DNA of 64,000 nucleotides from Myxococcota bacterium (lineage in GTDB: Bacteria; Myxococcota_A; UBA9160; UBA6930), in assembly GCA_965223415.1 (NCBI GenBank), contig OZ245002.1:5664001-5728000 (forward strand). Direction: 5' to 3'. A model generated the notes under the pieces. That model made no database searches and was not told the DNA's origin. It saw only the letters and a program-made list of their open reading frames with translations. The translations under genes and the position numbers were made by a program. Every line of letters begins with the position of its first letter. Within the stretch, counting starts at the first letter, position 1. Positions 57,027 to 64,000 of this stretch are shown here, piece after piece.

Positions 57027-58373
57027 TCAGCGCGGCTCCAGCAGGCGCAGCGCCGCGGCCCGGCCGGCGCCGAGGGTATCCCCGACGCTGACACCGTCCA
57101 CCCAGCTTCCCACCACCTCGAGGGGCGGGAGCCCGCCCAGGACGGCGCGCAGGCGGGCGATGGCCGCCCGGTGGCCCGGGCCGGGCTGACAGATCGCCTG
57201 TCGCCAGCGATGGAAGGCCAGGGCTTCGAAGCCGCCGCGCAGGCCGAGGGCCCGATCCAGGGCCTCGGCGATGCGGGCGAGGAGCTCGTCGTCGGAGGCG
57301 TCTACGGCGCCGGGCCAGCGGCGGCCGCCGATCATCGCGGTCACGAGCTCGCGGCCCGGCGGGGCGCGGCCCGGGAAGAGCCGGCTCATGAACAGCGCGC
57401 CGAGCAGGTCGAGCTTCTCGCGCCTCGGCACGAGGAAGCCGAAGCCCTCGACCGGGTGGGTCGTGGCCAGGGTGGGGTCGACGGAAAGGGGCACGCTCAC
57501 CACCGGCGCGAACTCCACGGCGCCGGCCAGGGCCGAGGCCTCGGCGGACACGTCGGCCAGGAGTTCGGCGGCGGCCGGGGCCGGCACCGCCAGCACCACA
57601 CGGGCGGCCAGGAGCTCGCCCTCGTCGGTGACGAGGCGCCAGGCCTCCCCTTCGGCGGCGAGCCCGCGCACCGGCGTCGAGAGATGCAGGGCGTCGCGAA
57701 GGGGCGCGGCGAGGTGAGCCGCGAGACCGCCCATCCCCTTCGAGCCGGACCAGCTGCCCGGGGCGCCGGCCTCCACGCCCTCCACCAGGCGCCGGCGCAG
57801 CGAGCCCACGACGATCGAGCCGCCGAGCTGCTCCGCCTCGACCAGGGACGGGAAGACGGCGCCGGCACCGAGCTGGTGCTCGTCTCCCGCGTAGACGCCG
57901 ATCAGGAACGGGCCGATCAGGCCCTCGGTCACCTCGGCGCCGAGGCGACGGGTGACGAAGGCGGCGACGCTCTCGGTCTCGCCGGCGCCCCGCCCGATGA
58001 AGGGCTCGGCGAAGAGCCGGAGCTTTCCGCGCGCGCTCAAGAGCGGGCTCGTGGCGAAGGTGATCGGGTCCATCGGCACCGGCACGAGCCGGCCGCCGTG
58101 GAGCAGGAAGCGCTTGCGACTCGCCGGCCGGGCCTTCTGCAGCGCCGGCTCGAGACCCGTCTCGCGGAAGAGGGCCAGAGCCGGCGCGCCGACCCGGAAG
58201 GTGTTCGGACCGCGCTCGTGGAGGAAGCCGTCCTGGGCCACGGTCTGCATCACGCCGCCAGCGCGGTCGGAAGCTTCGAACAGCCGGAGCTCCGCGCCGC
58301 GCACGTGGAAGGTGGCGGCCGCCGCCAGGCCGGCGGCGCCGGCGCCGATCACGGCGACCTCGACGCGCTCCAC
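57027..58373 (-). CDS. hemY: FAD-dependent (proto/copro)porphyrinogen oxidase, HemY type
   Basis: VIGAGAAGL, E.GPN, GVYAGD, GFGFLVP; directly follows hemE. Confidence 0.88.
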   Translation of the reverse strand: MERVEVAVIGAGAAGLAAAATFHVRGAELRLFEASDRAGGVMQTVAQDGFLHERGPNTFRVGAPALALFRETGLEPALQKARPASRKRFLLHGGRLVPVPMDPITFATSPLLSARGKLRLFAEPFIGRGAGETESVAAFVTRRLGAEVTEGLIGPFLIGVYAGDEHQLGAGAVFPSLVEAEQLGGSIVVGSLRRRLVEGVEAGAPGSWSGSKGMGGLAAHLAAPLRDALHLSTPVRGLAAEGEAWRLVTDEGELLAARVVLAVPAPAAAELLADVSAEASALAGAVEFAPVVSVPLSVDPTLATTHPVEGFGFLVPRREKLDLLGALFMSRLFPGRAPPGRELVTAMIGGRRWPGAVDASDDELLARIAEALDRALGLRGGFEALAFHRWRQAICQPGPGHRAAIARLRAVLGGLPPLEVVGSWVDGVSVGDTLGAGRAAALRLLEPR

Positions 58374-58374
58374 C

Positions 58375-59421
58375 CTAGGCCTCCGGCGCCAAGGCGCGGG
58401 CCGCGTCGGTGAACGCCCGCACGCCTTCCACCGGCGTCTCCGGCAGGCAGCCGTGGCCCAGGTTGAGCACGTGACCGCGGGCGGCCCTTCCCGCGAGCTC
58501 GAGCTCCCGCACGCGCTCGAAGATCCGCTCCCGGGGAAGCGCGAGCTCCTCCGGAGCCAGGTTCCCCTGCACACCGGCGCGGCCGTTCGCCCGGCGGGCG
58601 GCCTCGGCGAGCTCGACGGCGGCGCCCACGGAGATGACGTCGACGCCGGTGTCCAGCATGGCGTCCACCAGATGGGGCGCATCGTTCATGTAGAGGATGA
58701 AGGGAGCGCGCTCCCGGTCCACGACCTCCACGATCGCCCGGTTCACGGGCAGCACGAAGCGCCGGTAGGTCGCCTCGTCGAGGGTGCCGGCCCAGGTGTC
58801 GAAGAGCTGGACGACCTGGGCGCCCGCGTCGATCTGGGCGTTCAGGTAGGCGCCGGTCATGGTCGCCAGGCGGCCCAGCAGCGCGTCCACCAGCTCCGGA
58901 TCCGCCTCCATGCGCTCGCGCAGCTGCGGGAAGGTGCGCGTCGGATCGCCGGCGCCCTCCACCAGGTAGGTGGCGAGGGTGAAGGGAGCGCCGGCGAAGC
59001 CGATCAGCGGAATGCGAGGCGCCGCCAGCTCGCGGCGCAGCCGGCGCAGGATCTCGAAGACGTAGGGCACGGCCTCATCGAAGTCCGGTTCCGCCAGCGC
59101 CTCCACCTGCTCCCGGTTGCGGATCGGCTGCGCGATGATCGGTCCGGGCGCAAAATCGAGGGCGACGTCCATCCCGAGGACCGGCACGAAGATGTCGCAG
59201 AAGAACACGACCGCTTCGCTCCCCACCAGATGGATCGGCTGGAGGGAGACCTCGACGGCCTTCTCCACGTCGGCGCACATCTCGAGGAAGGTCGTGCCTT
59301 CCCGCACGGCCCGGTACTCGGGCAGGTAGCGGCCGGCCTGACGCATCAGCCAGACCGGCGGCCGGTCCACGGGCTCTCCGCGACAGGCGCGGAGCATCCG
59401 CTCCGTGGGATCGAGCGGCAT
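58375..59421 (-). CDS. hemE: Uroporphyrinogen decarboxylase
   Basis: PVWLMRQAGRYLPEY, IGFAGAPFTLATY, QLFDTW, NLGHG. Confidence 0.97.
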   Translation of the reverse strand: MPLDPTERMLRACRGEPVDRPPVWLMRQAGRYLPEYRAVREGTTFLEMCADVEKAVEVSLQPIHLVGSEAVVFFCDIFVPVLGMDVALDFAPGPIIAQPIRNREQVEALAEPDFDEAVPYVFEILRRLRRELAAPRIPLIGFAGAPFTLATYLVEGAGDPTRTFPQLRERMEADPELVDALLGRLATMTGAYLNAQIDAGAQVVQLFDTWAGTLDEATYRRFVLPVNRAIVEVVDRERAPFILYMNDAPHLVDAMLDTGVDVISVGAAVELAEAARRANGRAGVQGNLAPEELALPRERIFERVRELELAGRAARGHVLNLGHGCLPETPVEGVRAFTDAARALAPEA

Positions 59422-59428
59422 GGAGCGC

Positions 59429-60571
59429 TCAGTAGCCGCCCAGCTCGGCCCAGCGGCCGCGGTGGTAGGCGGCGTCTCCGAAAGTCAGCTCCGCGGCGCG
59501 GGCCCGCTTCATGTAGAAGCCGATGTCGTACTCGTCGGTCATACCGACCCCGCCGAACATCTGCACGGCCTCGTTGGTAACGCGCACGTAGGCCTCGGAG
59601 CAGTGGGCCTTGGCCAGGGACACGAGGCGGGGAAGCTCGGCGTCCTCCGCGTCGGCGGCGCGGGCCGCCGCCATCACGACGCTCTTCGCCAGCTCGATGT
59701 CGATGAAGAGGTCCGCAGCCCGGTGCTTCAGGGCCTGGAACGTGCCGATCACGGTGTCGAACTGCTTGCGGTTCTTCAGGTGGTCGAGGGTGAGGTCGAA
59801 GGCCTCCTGCATGCCGCCCAGCATCTCGGCGCACAGGCCGATGGTGGCGCGTTCCACGCTCTCCCGGAGGAGCCGCCCTCCCCCGCCGACCCCGCCCAGG
59901 GCATCGCCCGCGGCAACGCGCACGCCGTCGAAGGCGACGACCGCCGCGTTGCGACCGTCGACCCGGTGCTGCCGCGTCACCGCGAGGCCCGCCGCGTCTC
60001 GCGGCACCGTGAAGAGGCTGATGCCGGCCTCCTTCCCGTTCTCGCCCGACGTCCGGGCCGAGACGAGCAGGGAGTCCGCGACGTGGCCGTCGAGGACCTG
60101 CACCGCCTCGCCGCGCAGCGCGAAGCCGTCGCCGCTCGCTTCGGCGACGACTCCGGGCGCGAGCAGGTCGTAGCGGCTGCGGGGCCCCTGGTAGGCCAGG
60201 GCGAGGATCACGTCGCCGGCGACCACGCCGGGCAGCCATCGGGCGCAAGCGACCTCGTCGCCAGAGCGGGCCACAGCCTGGCCGGCGAGGAGCACGGTGG
60301 AGAGAAAGGGCTCCGGGGCCAGGCCGCGGCCCAGGGCCTCCATCACCACCGCGAGCTCCGCCATGCCGAGGTCGGCGCCGCCGTGGGTCTCGGCGAAGGG
60401 AATGCCGAGCCAGCCGAGATCGGCCATCTCCTTCCAGAGCGCCCGCGAGAAGCCGTCGGCGTCGTTCGCGTCGCGGAGCTCCCGCACCCGCGAGACGGGA
60501 GAGCGCTCGGCGACGAAGTCCGCGGCGGTCTTCGCGATCAGTTCCTGGTCTTCGGTCTGGATCAGCTCCAC
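59429..60571 (-). CDS. Acyl-CoA dehydrogenase family, partner subunit (PimD/ChsE-like)
   Basis: RKQF..IGTFQALKH, QMFGGVGMTDEY, ends ELTFGDAAYHR. Confidence 0.9.
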   Translation of the reverse strand: MELIQTEDQELIAKTAADFVAERSPVSRVRELRDANDADGFSRALWKEMADLGWLGIPFAETHGGADLGMAELAVVMEALGRGLAPEPFLSTVLLAGQAVARSGDEVACARWLPGVVAGDVILALAYQGPRSRYDLLAPGVVAEASGDGFALRGEAVQVLDGHVADSLLVSARTSGENGKEAGISLFTVPRDAAGLAVTRQHRVDGRNAAVVAFDGVRVAAGDALGGVGGGGRLLRESVERATIGLCAEMLGGMQEAFDLTLDHLKNRKQFDTVIGTFQALKHRAADLFIDIELAKSVVMAAARAADAEDAELPRLVSLAKAHCSEAYVRVTNEAVQMFGGVGMTDEYDIGFYMKRARAAELTFGDAAYHRGRWAELGGY

Positions 60572-60598
60572 GGGGAGACCTCGGTCGTTTGCGCGCGG

Positions 60599-61795
60599 CT
60601 AGTCCGGAAGGCCGAGCACGCGTTTGGCGATGATGTTGCGCTGCACCTCCGAGGTGCCGCCTTCGATGGTATTGCCGCGGGAGCGCAGCCAGTCGCGGGT
60701 GAGCTGGAGCTCGTCGTCCTCGAAGCCCGCGCCCTCCCAACCCAGCGCCTGGGGCCCGGCGATGTGCAGCAGGAGCTCCTGGCGGCGCTGGTTCACCTCG
60801 GTGCCGACCACCTTGAAGATCGAGCTCTCGGGTCCAGGCTGGTGGCCCGCCTTCGCGGCGTCCTTGGCCCGCTGCATGGTGAGCCCGAAGGCCCGCGTGT
60901 CCATCTCCACGCGGGCGATGTCCTGGCGCAGCACCGGATCGGGAAGCGGGCCGTCCGCCGGCGCGTCGGGCAGGTAGCGGCGCGCGCGATCGGCCAGGGT
61001 GCGGCGGCTGCCGCCGCCGCTGCCGAAGGCCTCGGCGACCATCGAGCGTTCGTGGCCGAGCAGCGCCTTGGCCACGGTCCAGCCCGCGTTCTCCTCGTGG
61101 ATCACGTTCTTCTTCAGGGCCACCACGTCCTGGAAGTGCGTCTCGCAGAAAGGCGAGGAGCCGCTGATCAGCAGAATCGGGCTCACGGAAACGCCGGGGC
61201 TCTCCATGTCGATGAGCACGAAGGTGATGCCCTCCTGCTTCTTGGCCTCCGGGTCGGTGCGCACCAGGGCGAAGATCCAGTCGGCCTCGTCGGCGTAGGA
61301 GGTCCACACCTTGGTGCCGTTGACGAGGTAGTGATCGCCCTTGTTTTCGGCCCGGGTCTGGAGGCCCGCCAGGTCGGAGCCGGCCCCGGGCTCCGAGTAG
61401 CCCTGGCACCAGCGGATCTCGCCCCGGGTGATCTTGGTGAGATGCTCCTGCTTCTGCTCCTCGGTGCCGAACTGCAGCAGCGTCGGACCGATCATGGTGA
61501 GGCCGAAGCCGATCAGCGGCGGCGGGGCGCCGATGGCGCGCATCTCCTGGGTGAGCACCTTGGCCTCGTCCCTGGAGAGCCCGCCCCCGCCGTAGGCGCT
61601 GGGCCAGGTGGGCGCCGTGAAACCCCTCTCGGCTGCGCGCTCGAGCCAGACCCGCTGGTCCGGGTGCTCGGGCTTCCACTTGCGCCCGCCCCAGGCGCCG
61701 GCCAGCAGGCCGCCGCCCCTGCCGCGCAGGGACGCGGGACAGTTCTCTTCGAGCCAGGCGCGGGTCTCCGTCTGGAAGGCTTGCAGGTCGGCCAT
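60599..61795 (-). CDS. Acyl-CoA dehydrogenase (PimC/FadE-like)
   Basis: WCQGYSEPGAGSDLA, NGTKVWTS, TIEGGTSEVQRNII. Confidence 0.92.
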   Translation of the reverse strand: MADLQAFQTETRAWLEENCPASLRGRGGGLLAGAWGGRKWKPEHPDQRVWLERAAERGFTAPTWPSAYGGGGLSRDEAKVLTQEMRAIGAPPPLIGFGLTMIGPTLLQFGTEEQKQEHLTKITRGEIRWCQGYSEPGAGSDLAGLQTRAENKGDHYLVNGTKVWTSYADEADWIFALVRTDPEAKKQEGITFVLIDMESPGVSVSPILLISGSSPFCETHFQDVVALKKNVIHEENAGWTVAKALLGHERSMVAEAFGSGGGSRRTLADRARRYLPDAPADGPLPDPVLRQDIARVEMDTRAFGLTMQRAKDAAKAGHQPGPESSIFKVVGTEVNQRRQELLLHIAGPQALGWEGAGFEDDELQLTRDWLRSRGNTIEGGTSEVQRNIIAKRVLGLPD

Positions 61796-61945
61796 GGGGC
61801 TCCTCGGCTGGGGATGCCAGAGGCGCATTGTAGCCGCTCGTCCGAAGGCTTCCCCCGATGGCAACCGTGTCTCGGACTGCCGGCTCCCCGGGATGGCGAC
61901 CGTTCCTCGGACTGACGATGTCCCTAGATTGCTACCGTCCCGGAG

Positions 61946-62875
61946 ATGCGCATCCTCCTGGCGAGCCCCCGGGGCTTCTGCGCCGGCGTCGACCGGGCCA
62001 TCGAGATCGTCGAGCAGGCCCTCGCCCGCTTCGGACCACCGGTCTACGTGCGCCACGAGATCGTTCACAATCGGCACGTGGTGGACGGGCTGCGAGCGAA
62101 GGGCGCCATCTTCGTCGAGGATCCGGCCGACGTGCCGGAAGGCGCGCTGCTCGTGTTCAGCGCCCACGGCGTCTCTCCAGCGGTGCGCGAGGCCGCCGCT
62201 CACCAGGGGCTGCGCACCATCGACGCCACCTGCCCGCTGGTCACGAAGGTGCACGTGGAGGCGGAGCGCTTCGACCGGGCGGGCGTGGAGATCGCGCTGA
62301 TCGGTCACGCGGGACACGTCGAGGTGGAGGGGACGATGGGGCACGCCCCGGATCGCATCCGCCTGCTCGAGACGACGGAGGACGCCGAACGGCTCGAGGT
62401 CGACGATCCCTCGCGCCTCGCGGTGCTGACCCAGACGACGCTGTCGGTCGACGACACCCGGGGCGTCGTCGACGTACTGCGGCGGCGCTTCCCGGAGGTG
62501 CGCCTGCCCCGCAAGGACGACATCTGCTACGCGACCCAGAACCGCCAGAACGCCGTGAAGGAGCTGACCCGGCAGGCCGACCTGGTCCTCGTCGTAGGCG
62601 CGCCGGAATCTTCGAACTCGAACCGGCTCGTCGAGCTGGCGCGCAAGTGCGGAGTGGTCGCCTACCTTGTGCAGACGGCGGACGAGATCGAGCCCGGCTG
62701 GCTCGAGGGTATCGGCTGCGTGGGCGTAACCGCCGGCGCCTCGGCACCGGAGGTGCTGGTGGAGAACGTCGTCGCGCGGCTGGGCGAGCTCGCCTCCGGC
62801 GAGGTGCGGGTGGATGCGCCGGCGCCGGTCGACGAGGGCGTGGTCTTCCAGCTTCCGGCGGAGCTGCGCTCGTAG
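61946..62875 (+). CDS. ispH: 4-hydroxy-3-methylbut-2-enyl diphosphate reductase
   Basis: [40 protein letters not shown]. Confidence 0.97.
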   Translation: MRILLASPRGFCAGVDRAIEIVEQALARFGPPVYVRHEIVHNRHVVDGLRAKGAIFVEDPADVPEGALLVFSAHGVSPAVREAAAHQGLRTIDATCPLVTKVHVEAERFDRAGVEIALIGHAGHVEVEGTMGHAPDRIRLLETTEDAERLEVDDPSRLAVLTQTTLSVDDTRGVVDVLRRRFPEVRLPRKDDICYATQNRQNAVKELTRQADLVLVVGAPESSNSNRLVELARKCGVVAYLVQTADEIEPGWLEGIGCVGVTAGASAPEVLVENVVARLGELASGEVRVDAPAPVDEGVVFQLPAELRS

Positions 62876-62883
62876 GCGCCGCC

Positions 62884-64000
62884 GTGCCGAGCCGCGCCAC
62901 GAGCCTGCGGGTCGCCACGCTCAACGTCTGGGGGCACCCGGACGTCATCGGTCGCCATCTGATGCCGCGCATGGACGCCATCGCGGCCCTGGCCGCCGAG
63001 CTGGAGCTCGACCTGCTGGCGATCCAGGAGAGCTGGACCGTCGCGGGGCGCGAGCGCCTGGTCGCGGGCCTCCGCGAGGCTGGTCTGCCCCAGGTGTGGC
63101 ACCGGCCCCAGGGCTTCGGCGGGAGCGGGCTCCTGCTCGCGGCCCGCTCTCCCCTTCGCGCCGTGCGCTTCGAGCGCTTCCGTCTCTCCGGGCTCCCGCA
63201 ACGGCTGGATCACGGCGACTGGTACAGCGGCAAGGGCGCGGTGGTTGCAACGCTGGACACGGACGCCGGGCCCGTCGACGTCCTGAACACTCACCTGGTC
63301 GCCCACTACGAGCGAACGCCCCACGACGCCTACTATGGCCACCGCGTCGGCCAGATCGTCGAGATCGCGCAGCGCCTCGCCGGGAGCCCGCGACCGCTCG
63401 TCGCCCTCGGCGACTTCAACGTCCGGGAAGACGGGCCCGAGTACCCGATCCTGACCGGGCTCACGGGCCTGGTGGATGCGGCGGTCGCCTTGGACGCGCG
63501 ACAGGACACCATCCTCACGCCCCATCCCTACCGGCTGGAGCCGGGCGCTTTCCGCATCGACTACGTGTTCACCCGCGATGGCCGCGGCGTCTCCACCCGG
63601 GCCGCCACACTGAGGCGGGCCTTCGACGCGGCGCTGCAGCTCGTGGGTGAGGACGCGGCGTACTCGGACCACGCGGGCCTGGTGGCGGACGTGACCTTCG
63701 AGGCGGCGGCGAACACCCGGAGCCATCCCGGCGCGACGCCCGCGGCCCGGGAGTTGGCCCGCGAGGCCCTCGCGCGGGGCCGGGCGATCGGCGCCTCGCG
63801 GCACGGCGAGCAGCGCGGTGCCGCGGCGGCGGGCTTCGGCCTGGCCGGCGCTTGCGCCCTGGGCCGCCCGCACACCCGCCGTGCCTGGCTGCAACGCACT
63901 CTCGTGCTCGGCGCCGGCATCGCGGCGTGCGGCGGGGCCGGGGCATTCCTCCTGGCCGAGAGCCTCGCGAGCGACGAGCGACGGGCCTACGGAGAGCTGG
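62884..64000 (+). CDS. EEP-superfamily phosphodiesterase resembling neutral sphingomyelinase/Isc1 (runs off the window)
   Basis: Absent from the ORF track because no stop lies in the window. LRVATLNVWG, IQE.W, GSGL, DHGDWYSGKG, NTHL, GDFN, RIDY, SDH, then two hydrophobic segments. Confidence 0.82.
   Translation, partial: MPSRATSLRVATLNVWGHPDVIGRHLMPRMDAIAALAAELELDLLAIQESWTVAGRERLVAGLREAGLPQVWHRPQGFGGSGLLLAARSPLRAVRFERFRLSGLPQRLDHGDWYSGKGAVVATLDTDAGPVDVLNTHLVAHYERTPHDAYYGHRVGQIVEIAQRLAGSPRPLVALGDFNVREDGPEYPILTGLTGLVDAAVALDARQDTILTPHPYRLEPGAFRIDYVFTRDGRGVSTRAATLRRAFDAALQLVGEDAAYSDHAGLVADVTFEAAANTRSHPGATPAARELAREALARGRAIGASRHGEQRGAAAAGFGLAGACALGRPHTRRAWLQRTLVLGAGIAACGGAGAFLLAESLASDERRAYGEL

Overview
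Very GC-rich, gene-dense core chromosomal region of a Gram-negative bacterium. PEP-CTERM proteins, a CX5CCX9C ferrochelatase, a HemY-type oxidase and DUF3604 suggest a Myxococcota-like lineage, which is inference only. The window holds about 65 CDSs: a putative Slam-like barrel/secreted protein/ECF sigma/anti-sigma/subtilase cluster, a xanthine-dehydrogenase-family operon with an embedded MoaD/ThiS protein, many lipid and acyl-CoA catabolic genes, split complex I genes (nuoB and nuoICD) around lpdA-E2-lipB-lipA, hemE/hemY/hemH, ispH and tRNA-Cys. The main observations missing from the ORF track are: (1) an ArsC/thioredoxin-fold gene with an in-frame UGA in a U-T-S-C motif followed by a SECIS-like hairpin, probably a selenoprotein (34370-34708, minus strand); (2) nested palindromic intergenic repeats with a fixed GGGGACGTTCCTT core and copy-specific arms, plus a 37-bp tandem triplet; (3) a TAnnnT -10 box 6-8 nt before at least 11 start codons, suggesting widespread leaderless mRNAs; (4) a 66-aa minimal PEP-CTERM protein; (5) a neutral sphingomyelinase/Isc1-like gene at the right edge; (6) a junction that truncates both a VOC gene and an IS-like transposase gene. 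Start codons were chosen by eye, and all family assignments rest on motif recognition, not database searches.
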